Below are positions 1 through 9,594 of a DNA stretch of 26,376 bases, piece by piece. The stretch lies in assembly GCA_000388065.2 (NCBI GenBank), contig KB932203.1, one strand, 5' to 3'. The stretch is from Fonticula alba ATCC 38817. Its lineage: Eukaryota > Protista > Nucleariida. Below the pieces are notes generated by a model. That model did not search any database. It was not told the origin of the DNA and worked only from the letters and a program-made list of their open reading frames with translations. Position numbers and translations under genes: made by a program. Within the stretch, counting starts at the first letter, position 1; each line of letters opens with the position of its first letter.

Positions 1-1
1 C

Positions 2-505
2 GAGGAGGTCGCTGAGGAGACCACCGTCGAGGAGGCTACCGAGGAGGTCGCCGTCGAGGAGATCGCTGAGGAGACCACCGAGACCGAGGTCGCCGAGGAG
101 GTTGCCGCCGAGGAGTCCACTGAGACCGAGGCCACTGAGGAGACCACCGAGGAGGTTGCCGTCGAGGAGGTCGCTGAGGAGGCCACTGAGGAGACTGCCG
201 TCGAGGAGGTTGCCGTTGAGGAGACCGCCGAGGAGTCCACCGAGACCGAGGCCACTGAGGAGACTACCGAGACCGAGGCCACTGAGGAGACTACCGAGAC
301 CGAGGCCACCGAGGAGACTACCGAGACCGAGGCCACCGAGATTGAGGAGACCGAGACCGAGGAGACCGAGGCCACCGAGACCGAGGAGACTGAAATCGCC
401 GAGGAGAGCTCCGAGACCACTTCCGAGGCTGTCACCAAGAAGCCCGCTGCCAAGAACAACACCAAGGCCCGCCGCGGTAACGCCGGCCGCAACCGCCGCC
501 GCTGA
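2..505 (+). CDS. 3' end (167 aa, 5'-partial) of a Glu/Thr-rich acidic repeat protein with a basic C-terminal tail
   Basis: Frame starting at base 2 is open to TGA at 503-505: EEVAEETTVEEATEEV...ETEATEETT...SEAVTKKPAAKNNTKARRGNAGRNRRR*. 65 Glu in 167 aa, 64 of them GAG. Only one A-ending codon, and repeat copies vary at synonymous third positions, which indicates real coding. Missed by the ORF track because there is no start in the window. Confidence 0.8.
   Translation, partial: EEVAEETTVEEATEEVAVEEIAEETTETEVAEEVAAEESTETEATEETTEEVAVEEVAEEATEETAVEEVAVEETAEESTETEATEETTETEATEETTETEATEETTETEATEIEETETEETEATETEETEIAEESSETTSEAVTKKPAAKNNTKARRGNAGRNRRR
242..340 (+). repeat. 27-bp coding tandem repeat (ETEATEETT), 3 copies plus a partial
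   Basis: gagaccgaggccac(t/c)gaggagactacc at 242, 269 and 296; partial copy at 323. Confidence 0.9.
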
Positions 506-515
506 GGATCCCCCC

Positions 516-864
516 NNNNNNNNNNNNNNNNNNNNNNNNNNNNNNNNNNNNNNNNNNNNNNNNNNNNNNNNNNNNNNNNNNNNNNNNNNNNNNNNNNNNN
601 NNNNNNNNNNNNNNNNNNNNNNNNNNNNNNNNNNNNNNNNNNNNNNNNNNNNNNNNNNNNNNNNNNNNNNNNNNNNNNNNNNNNNNNNNNNNNNNNNNNN
701 NNNNNNNNNNNNNNNNNNNNNNNNNNNNNNNNNNNNNNNNNNNNNNNNNNNNNNNNNNNNNNNNNNNNNNNNNNNNNNNNNNNNNNNNNNNNNNNNNNNN
801 NNNNNNNNNNNNNNNNNNNNNNNNNNNNNNNNNNNNNNNNNNNNNNNNNNNNNNNNNNNNNNNN
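516..864. other. assembly gap (349 N)
   Basis: N run flanked by C runs. Confidence 1.
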
Positions 865-1029
865 CCCCACCCCGCCGTGCACGGCGCCACAACTCCGCGC
901 CATGTGGTGCCCCTCTCTCCCCCCCTTTTCGGGACAGGTGGCCGGAATGACAAGGCGCCTGAGAGAGGCTCCAGACCGCAGGGGACAAAGAAGGACACAA
1001 GAACACCCGACAGTCACACTTTTTGTCGT

Positions 1030-1035
1030 TTTATT
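1030..1035 (-). terminator. candidate polyadenylation signal AATAAA for the Cdt1-like gene
   Basis: TTTATT on the + strand, about 50 nt past the TGA at 1086-1088, in an A-rich patch within GC-rich DNA. Confidence 0.4.
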
Positions 1036-1085
1036 GTCTTTTTTTTTGCGCCTCATACAGGTCCCCCCCCACCCACCCACCCCGC

Positions 1086-3418
1086 TCACATGCCGAAGAG
1101 GCTGAGCATGCTGCTGGTGCTGCCAGCCCCGCCGAGTGGCTGCCCTGGGAGCACCGACGACATGGCTAACCCCAGGGACGCTTGGTGCTGGCGGTGATCC
1201 AGCGCGGCGCGCTGCTCCTGCCGCCGGCGCTGCAACTCCGCGTACACCCCGGCCACGGCCGGGCGCGCTGCGGCCGGCGCCAGCGGGCCCGAGGTGGCTG
1301 CGACCGCCGGCTCGGAAGATGGCTGTCTCGCCGGCCGGAGCCGCTGGGCCAACTCCTCGGCCGGGCTGAGGCCGGTCAAAAGTGACCGGGCCCCGGTGGG
1401 CGCGGCCGCCTCGCCGGAGCTCGATCCCGGCCGGGCACCGGCCCCGGCTGCCAGCGCCGGCGGCCCCGCCGCCAGGAGCGATCCCGCGCGGAGCTGCAGC
1501 TCATACAGCCGCCGCCGGCCGTCGAGAATGACCTTCGGCCGGACATCCGCCACCGGGGCCGGCGGGGGGCCGGCGCCAGTGGCCGCGGCAAAGATGGACC
1601 CCGGCCCGGGGCCCCGGGCCCCGGCCGCTGGCGGCCCGGCAAAACGCTTGCTCGGCGACGCGGCGAAATCCCCCGGAGCCAGGCGCTTCCCCGGGGTGCC
1701 GGGGGCCTGGCCATCCAGGCCGGCGCCCTTGCGGCTGGCTGGCACGCCCGAGTCGCCGCCCAGTGCTCCCAGCAGCGTGTGATTCGACACGCTGGCCTGG
1801 GCCAGGCTGTCAGCGCGCAGGGCCTGCGCCGCCTCCTGCAGCAGCTGCGCACTGGTCACCAGCAGGCTGCGCCCGGGGGTGAGCGCCCCGCTCGGGTCAT
1901 CCAGGGGGTGGTGGCCCAGCAGGGCCTTCGGGCCCTGGGGAACCCCCCGGCCCAGCCCCGGGTCCGAGAGGTCCTCCTCAGTGAGCCCGGCCCGCACCAG
2001 CCAAAAGGCTCGGACCACCGCGCGAAAGCGATCTGCCCGGCGTTGGCCCAGCCCTGGGTTACTTTCCGCCGGCGATGATGATGGTGCGGCGGTGGTGGCC
2101 GCCGTGGTGGCCGCCGTGGTGGCCGCCGTGGTGGCCGTCGTGTCGGCAAAGCGCACAAGCAGGGTTTGTTGGCCCTGGAAGAAGACCGGTCGCACGGTCA
2201 GGCACTGCGGCCAGATGGCCATGATGGCGAAGACGTCCGCGTCGGATGTGGTGCTGTGCGGGTCGGTCAGCACCCTGGAGCGGAGCAAATTGGGCGAGGA
2301 CCCGTTATTGGGCTTGGGCATGCATGTGCGCATGTCGCGCACGCGCGCGCGCGTACCATTGCGCGGTGGCCTCGATCGGTGGCCGGAGCTGCGAGAAGAC
2401 CGGGGTTTCCTGTCGGAGGAGGCGGAAGCTGATGGCGGCCTCGAGCCCGACGAAAATGCCTGGCAATGACCCGGGACAACAGGCGTCCGGGATCGACAGC
2501 GCAAGGCCCATTGGGCGAGTGGAAAAACGGGCAGTAAGCACGTGCGAGGGGGATAAGGAGAAGCAGGGCAAGGAGAAGCAGGGCAAGTAGAAGCAAGGCA
2601 AGGAGAAGCAAGGCAAGGAGAAACAGGGCAAGGAGAAGCAGGGCAAGGAGAAGCAGGGCAAGGAGAAACAGGGCAAGGAGAAGCAGGGCAAGGAGGAGGC
2701 GACACGCACGGATCAGCCGCTCCAGGTGCGCCGGCAGGAAGAGAGGATCCAGGAGCTCGCTCGCGCGGAAACGCTCGAAGAGAGCCGAATCCACCGGGGC
2801 CTTGGGGGCCGGCGCGTCGGCAGCCTCAGGGCCGCTGGGGCCCGGGCCGGCCGCCGGGTCGGCAGATTCCACGACACCGGCCGGGGCGGCCGTGCCATCG
2901 GCAATCCCCTCCTCCACAGACCCGGCAAGGTCAAGGCTGGCGGAGGCACCCGCCGAAGGGTCCGAACCCGGCGAAGCAGCCTGCAGGACGGCCAGGCGCA
3001 GGGGAGCCGCGCGGCCCGGGCCCGCCAGGCGCGAGGGAGCCGAGCTGGGCCGCGCGGTGGCATCGGCCGCCAGCGTGGCGGCTCGCCCGGCCGGCCCGGC
3101 CGACCCCGGGCGTGCGACCGGGCCCGGCCCGGCGGTGATGGCTTGCAGCTCGGCCAACAGCGATCCGGAGGTGATGGCCTCCGGCTCCGGGAGCAGGGTG
3201 GTCACCAGTGACCCGCAGGAGGGGGAGGACGATCGCAGCGAGGAACCCGAGGCCGGTCGATGTGTCGGGTGCAACAACGGCGCCGGCGGCGCCGGCGGCG
3301 CCATCACCGGGCCATCGGCCGATCCCGGGCGAGTCAGGGACGGATGATTCCCTAGGGGGGCTGGCGGGGCCGTGACCGGGCGCCCTGCCCCCGGCAGGTG
3401 GAAGAGACGCTGCGACAT
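1086..3418 (-). CDS. CDT1: Cdt1-like DNA replication licensing factor; exons complement(2710..3418, 2357..2459, 1086..2253), about 659 aa
   Basis: Donors GTGCGT (2709) and GTACGC (2356) and acceptors CCAG/CACAG are phase-consistent. The spliced product LPAHLERLIRIFVGLEAAISFRLLRQETPVFSQLRPPIEATAQCTTSDADVFAIMAIWP aligns by eye, without gaps, to the human Cdt1 middle domain as I recall it ([59 protein letters not shown]). An alternative in-frame acceptor exists at 2274. No HMM search was run. Confidence 0.75.
2089..2136 (-). repeat. 12-bp coding repeat x4 (Thr/Ala-rich, ATTA units) in Cdt1 exon 3
   Basis: gc(g/c)gtggtggcc x4 on the + strand. Confidence 0.9.
2555..2695. repeat. 15-bp minisatellite, 9 copies plus a partial, in Cdt1 intron 1
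   Basis: Unit aaggagaagcagggc with variants (aagtag, aagcaaggc, aaacagggc) at 2555, 2570 ... 2675; no spacers. Confidence 0.95.
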
Positions 3419-3438
3419 TGGCGCGCCGGCGGGCTCCG

Positions 3439-3472
3439 GTGCGTGTGCGTGTGCGTGTGCGTGTGCGTGTGC
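3439..3472. repeat. (GTGCGT)5 hexamer microsatellite just upstream of the Cdt1 ATG
   Basis: gtgcgt x5 plus gtgc. Confidence 0.95.
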
Positions 3473-3882
3473 AGGGGGGGGGGGGGCGGACGCGAGATGC
3501 AGAACTAGCTAGCGAAGGGGAGAGACCGAGAGGGAGCGGGCGGGGGAATAGAGGGCGGAGGGCGAGAGGGCGGCATGGTGAAAGTGGCCTGTCGGTACCT
3601 GGCTTTTTTCATTTTCCCCCTTTCTTTCCCCGCTGGCACACCACCCCCGGAGCCTGCCGGCGGCCGGCCTGCCCGACCGAAAGACCTCCGAGCCGCCGGC
3701 CCGGGCATCATCGGGGGGGGGGGGGGGGCGGGGGGACGCGAGACACGATCGTGACCCTGCCTCACGGGAGGACCCGGCGGCGGGCGAGGAGGGGGCCCGG
3801 CCCGGGCTCCGTCGGGACGTCGGCAGTTCACGGCCGGCGATCGGGGCCCGCGACCGTGGGCGCCACGTCGGCGTGGGCGGAT

Positions 3883-4001
3883 TTCAAATCCAACGGCCGG
3901 GTATCATGTGCGGCGCACAACCCGGCATGTGGCCGGGGCGCGGCTCGGTGAATTAAGCAATGGCATTGCCATTTTCGCCAAGAGGGGGCGCTTCTTGGCG
4001 A
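3883..4001 (-). promoter_or_regulatory. candidate Cdt1 promoter module: CHR-like TTTGAA plus two adjacent dyads
   Basis: TTCAAA at 3883-3888 (TTTGAA on the Cdt1 strand); AATGGCA-T-TGCCATT at 3959-3973; TCGCCAAGA-N9-TCTTGGCGA at 3975-4001. Function is inferred only. Confidence 0.25.
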
Positions 4002-5597
4002 GGGGCGCGGCCTTGCTACCCGACCTCACGGGGGGGGCGAGGGGGGCGGCGTCCTCCCAAGTGATGTGCCGGTCTCTTGTCCGGTCGCGACGGCGCTCCC
4101 GCCTTGTTGGCGAGTGAGGCCCTCGCCCCCCCCCCCCTTCCCCTCCCCCGGCTGTTGGAGGGGGTGAGACGGAGCTGGCAGCCCCGATCGGGAGGGCAGG
4201 CAGCTGGGGGGCCGAATGGTGCGCGCGCGCGCGCGCGTGCGTACGACACAGGCCACCGCACGCAGGCCAGTCGGGAGGGGGGCCGGGCGGGCCGCTGGCA
4301 CGGTGCAACGGCGAGACCCGGGCCCCGACACCCCCTGCCCCGGGTGGCGAGAGAGGAGGAGGCGGCGAGACAGGCGGATATAACGCCCGCGCGGGCGCCC
4401 AACGGCCACCGGTCAATGGTGCGAGGGGGGCACGGAACCCGGAAAAGGAACAGGGGGGGGGGCCGTAGACGATGGGCCCAGGCGCGGAGGCTTAACAACC
4501 TGCAAACACTGGGGTTTTGGCCCGGGCGCGAGCCGGGTGGCTGCCATTCGACGCGGTGCGGGCGGGGGGCGGGGCGCGCCTGGCCCCCGTGTATCCGTGT
4601 GAGTGCTTGTGTGTGTGTGTGTGCGCGCGCTCGGGGTGCGGTTCTCCGGAAGCGGGCTCCCGGCGGGGCCGCGCGGGCGGATCCGCCCTGCCGACACCGT
4701 TAGCCGGCCAGGAGGGGGGCCGAGGCCGGCGAGGAGGGGCCAATGCCCGGGCGGGCGTCGGAGCGAGTCCCGCGGCAGAACCGCTCCCGGCGCGCCCGCC
4801 CCAGCCGCTGCCGCCGCCGCTGCCACAGCCGCCGCCGCCACCGTCCTCGCCCGGAGGAAATGGCAGACGGCACTGGACGGCCTCGCACCCCAGGCCGGGG
4901 GGGGGCAGGGGCGCAGCGCGAGTGCGCCCAAGGGCAGGGTGCCCCTTTCAACATGGCAAACGGTTGTTCGCTGGCAATCGGCCGGCCACTGCTGGCCCTG
5001 GGGCGAGGCACGCGCCGGGGTGAATCATTGGAATTCGCCGAGCGAGCACCCTCCCCGGCGTCGGGGTGGGGGGGTGGGCGCTCTCGCCCGGCGCGGGGGC
5101 TGCCTTGGAGGGCCGGCTCGGCCCGGGCTGGGGGGGGGGGGGGGGCCTTGCCGGGCCACGCTGTGCCGGCGCCCCCGCGCGGCCGGCGCCGGTCGCACGC
5201 CCCCTCCGCCTCCTGCGGCTGTCCGTGCGGCCCCTCCCCGTCCAGCAGGCGGGGCGGGGGCAAGATGGAAGCGGCTACGCGGACTCGCGACCGAGGCGCG
5301 GCAGGTCGTTTTCCGGGCGCCTCGCCGAGGGGCCGATGGGCCGGGAGGCCGGCCGGAGGCGCCCCCTAGGGGCCGCCGGTGCGCCCGCGGCGGACTGCTT
5401 AATCCCCGACAAACGGCCGGGCGTTCCCCTGGCGCCCGGGGAACCGGGGGGGGGGCCCTCGTGGCGCGGAAAAGCCCGGCAGGAGGAGGGCCCACCGAGC
5501 ACAGCGCCACACATGTGAACGTCGCCCGGCGGAGTCTCGGCCTCCGGTCGACGGGGGCATCGCGGCCTGTGCCGGCCGGCCGGGCGAGGGAGAGGGC

Positions 5598-5636
5598 GGG
5601 GGGGGGGGAAGGGGGGGCAAGGGGGGGGGGGGGAGG

Positions 5637-5697
<61 letters not shown>
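5598..5697. repeat. poly-G tract (pure run about 5640-5697)
   Basis: Directly visible. G-quadruplex-capable; the length is probably unreliable in the assembly. Confidence 0.9.
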
Positions 5698-5698
<1 letters not shown>

Positions 5699-6110
5699 AC
5701 ATGCCCAGCCGCCGACATGCGGCCCGGCCATGTCACAATAGCCTAGGAGACCGCCAGCCCCTGTGTGTTCGGGCCCTCGCGTGCGGGGTGCCTTCGTGGC
5801 GGCGGCGCGCCCGCGCGGGGGGCCCTCCAAGGGGGCGCCGGGGCGCGCCGGCCTGGGCCTGCGTCTGCGCGGTCCGGCCCCCGGGCCCGCGCGCGTCCGT
5901 GCGCGAGCATATGTACGCTGGGTGCGCGTGGGTGTGCATTATGCCTGCCCCCCCCCCCGATGGTGGGCCTGCGTCCAAGGCCGGTGCGCGGCAGGCCGCC
6001 GGGTAACTCCCCCCAGCCGGGGGTTGTCGGGTGGGCCTCCCCCGCGCGGGGGCGACACCGGCGACAGCGGCACGCGGCCCGCCCCGAGGCCCGGTGTTCG
6101 CCAGCCCGGG

Positions 6111-6350
6111 GACGCCCGAGCCCCGGCGCCGCCCCTTCGGGGGGAAAGGCGTCACCCCGCGCCGGATGGGCCGCGCGCGGGACGTTCACATGCGCGCGGC
6201 GGCCGCCCACACACGCACACACGCGCACACGACGCCCGAGCCCCGGCGCCGCCCCTTCGGGGGGAAAGGCGTCACCCCGCGCCGGATGGGCCGCGCGCGG
6301 GACGTTCACATGCGCGCGGCGGCCGCCCACACACGCACACACGCGCACAC
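6111..6350. repeat. perfect 120-bp direct tandem duplication
   Basis: 6111-6230 is identical to 6231-6350 (gacgcccgagccccggcgcc...acacgcgcacac). Confidence 0.95.
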
Positions 6351-7761
6351 ACACGCACACACACACACACGCACCCCCCCCCCCCGCTCATGGGCACCGG
6401 CACCACCATGCCGTCTCGCCGCGCCCCGAGCCTGACGGGCGCCAGGGCCGTCCCCCTCACAGGAAAGCGTGTCCCAGCCTGCTGGCCCTGGGAGGCCGGG
6501 GGCCGGGGGGACGCACCAGGACGCGCGCGCCCGGAGGGAGCCACCGCCGCCGGGCGCGGCCGGTCCCCGCGCGCGCATGCCGGGCCCGTGTCAGCGGACT
6601 GGCCGCCGTGTTCGGACCGCGGCCCCAAGGAGGGGCCACACCGGGGGGGGGGGGGGCGGGGCGGGGGGGGAACACAGGGGCTTGGCCCGGAGTCGCGCGG
6701 CCCCGGGGTACACGGTCAAGGGGGACGACGAATGGGGTGTGGAACACGCGCGCAGGCGCACCCCCGGCGCGCGCCGGCGTACGGGGTCCCCTGCCCCGGC
6801 CGCGCCGGGCCTGTCACGCCACTCGCCAAGCGCGTCCGATGGCCGGCATGCGCGGCTCTTCGCGCCGGCGCGGCTCCGGCGCCGTGCTAAGCGCATGCTC
6901 GCCGGTCGGCGGGTGTTCGCTGCCGGCCGGCCGCGAACACCCCCGGGCGAGCGCGCCCGCCGCAGGGCATGCCCCGCCGCGCGTGAGCCGCCCGCGCACC
7001 GGCCCCCCCCCCCCGGGCAGAAGGCCGAAGCGCTCGCCGAGAGCCCCGGCGCCCGGGGTCCGACGAGGGCACATGCACAAAAGCACCGCACGGCCTTCCC
7101 CCCCCGGCGCCCGGGGGCCGCCAGCGAGGCGAGTATGGCCGTTTCCCCGGGCGCGCCGGCAAGGCATTCCCCCTTGGGGTGGAATGCGCCGGCCCTGCCG
7201 CCCGTCCCCGCCGCCCGTCCCCGCCGCCCGCGCCCGCCCCCCCCACGGACGCACACCGGGGCATGCTCCGGGAGCCGAGCCCGGCCGAGGCAGAGGCACA
7301 ACACCACGGCTGCCCACCCTCCGCCGGGGGGGGGGGAACTCCGGCCGAAGGCCCGGCCCTGGGCGAGACACCCGCCCCGCCCCACCCCGCCCCGCCCCCC
7401 CCCCGGTCCGGTGAGACTCCGGTTGCAGTTGCGTCGGGGATGCCCGCGCGCCCGGGGCCGGGGGGACGCGCGGATCGCGGCGGAAAATAAAAAGCCGCCC
7501 CGCCGCCAGCCCCGGGCCCTTCGAAGGCCACACCGGCCGGCCGGCCCCGGGCCCCTACGTCATGTCGGGGCCGAGTCTAGCCTTGGCCGGGGACGGACCG
7601 GCCCGTTTGGCGCTCATCGGGAAACGGCCCCGGCGCCCGGCCCGCGCCGCGCGCAGAGGCCCCGGCCGCGCATATTATCGCGGACCGCGCGGGGGGAGCA
7701 CCCGCAAGAACGCGCACACGGTCCGCCCCCGGCCACCGTGTTTATATTGGCGCACACGCCG

Positions 7762-7771
7762 NNNNNNNNNN
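7762..7771. other. assembly gap (10 N, true size unknown)
   Basis: N run followed by poly-C. Confidence 1.
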
Positions 7772-8692
7772 CCCCCCCCCCTGTCGCCCCGCTCCCCCGC
7801 CCCTCCCCCGACCGCAGGCTGGGCTCAACCCTTGCCCAAGTGGCCACATCCGCCGGGGCGCGCCCCTGTGTGCGCCCCTCCCAATCCGCGCGATGGAGAG
7901 GTGTGCCCGGTCGACCCCGACGTCCGCCGCCCCGCCCCCCGCCCCCCCCCTATCCCCCGTTCCCCCTGCCCCGGAGGTCCGGACCCGAGGGAGAGACCTC
8001 GTCGCGCGCGATGCCACCCGCACCCCCCCACACACAGACATGCATTCGTGGACCCACACGCACACGCACACACTTCAGAAACCGGCCGGGCCTCTAGCCC
8101 CGGTGCCCCGGGGGCAGGCACCCATCCCCCCACCTCCCCCCCTCCGCCCCTCCAGATCGCCCGCCCGCCCGCCCGCCCGCCCGCCCGCCCCCCCTCTCCT
8201 TGCCCCTCTCGCACCGCCTCCCACCTCGTCCTCCCGCTTCGCTGTTGCGCTCTCATATGGTGCCTTGTTCGTGAGGAGAACGGATCCCGCCGTCTCTGTG
8301 AACGCCGCCCCCTGCCCCCTCCCCCGCCCTCCCGGCTGCTCCCATCCCCCAGCCTCTCTGCCTCCTGTCGGATCCGGTTCCCCCTCCCCCCCCCCCCCCC
8401 CACCCCCCCCCCCCCCCCAACCCCCCCTCTTTCCCCCACCCCCCCCCCCCCCCCTGCCGTTTCCCCCCCCTCCTCCCCCCCCCCCCCCCCCCCCCCGCCG
8501 CCCTTAACCTGAGAACGGTTCCCCCCCCCCCGGCGGGCGGCCCCCGCCCCCTTGGCCAAGGGGCCCCCCGGGTTTCTTTGCCCTTTCCCCCCCCCCCCCC
8601 CCCGGCTCCGCTTTGTGGCTCACCTCTCGCCCCCCTCTTCTTGCCCTGTCCCCCTCCCCATCTGCCCTGCCTCGCGGGCTGGGCACCGCCAG

Positions 8693-8957
8693 GTTCGCAT
8701 TGTCCAGAAGAAGGACACCAAAAAGATGTATGCCCTGAAGTACATCCACAAGGAGAAGTGTGTGCGGATGCGCGCCGTGCACAATATCCTCGCCGAGCGG
8801 CGCCTACTCGAGGAGATCCAGAACCCCTTCATCGTCAACCTGCACTTCGCCTTCCAGGACTCCGAATGTCTGTTCATGTGCGTGTCCCCCTCCCCCCTCC
8901 CCCCTCTCATCGTCTCCGCTCGGCTGCCCGGATCCCTGACTCCAAGCCATACGCGCG

Positions 8958-8990
<33 letters not shown>

Positions 8991-9561
8991 GCATGTACAC
9001 ACACGCACCTGCCCCCCCCCCCTCCATTCCCTCCGGCCCCTTCGCCCTTCCCACGCTCCAGGGTGATCGACCTCATGCTTGGTGGCGACCTGCGCTACCG
9101 GCTGGACCGCACCGGGCCGCTGGGCGAGCCGTGCGTCCGGTTCTACGTCGCCGAGATCGGAATAGCCCTGGAGTACTTGTATAAGCGGTCAATCATTCAC
9201 CGTGACATCAAGCCGGACAACCTTCTCCTGGACTCGGATGGTGCGTCGCCTGTCCGCGAGAGCGCGCATCCCCCCCCCCCCTTCTGCCTTCCCCTTTGCC
9301 GTGCTCACCTCCATCCCCCCATCGCCCCCCACCCGCCCACGCCCATGCGCTGCCGATCCACGCAGGCCACGTCCATGTTACCGACTTCAATGTCGCCACG
9401 CGCATTCGCGCCGGGCGCCTGGTCACCGCCGCCGCCGGCACCCGCGCCTACATGGCCCCGGAGATCTTCGCTCAGAAGGAAAAGAAGACCGGCTACACCG
9501 GGGCCGTCGACTGGTGGAGCCTCGGTGTTGTTGCCTACGAGTTCCTCTATGGACGGGTGCG

Positions 9562-9594
<33 letters not shown>

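Noticed and set aside
102-950. 282-aa Pro/Arg-rich ORF from the track
   Set aside because: Shadow frame of the real E/T-rich CDS in frame 2; it also reads through an N gap.
2555-2695. Regular repeat array as CRISPR or as a Leu-rich/Cys-rich protein repeat
   Set aside because: No unique spacers, eukaryotic context, and the array lies inside a phase-consistent intron.
6111-6350. Hammerhead ribozyme or 5S rRNA (hairpin + GAAA + closing stem; 120-nt unit)
   Set aside because: No CUGANGA core and no NUH cleavage triplet; no sequence resemblance to 5S rRNA.
7862-7906. VCAPPNPRDGE|GTGTGC as kinase exon 1 (resembles the DGEV preceding the kinase domain in fungal YANKs)
   Set aside because: No convincing nearby in-frame start, the donor does not fit the local +4C pattern, and the similarity is only 3-4 residues.
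3418-8560. Many long overlapping ORFs (e.g. 4603..6006, 5765..7414, 6469..8097)
   Set aside because: Arg/Pro/Gly/Ala-rich translations of GC-rich DNA, homopolymers and microsatellites, with no recognisable motifs or exon-like codon bias. A small hidden gene cannot be fully excluded.
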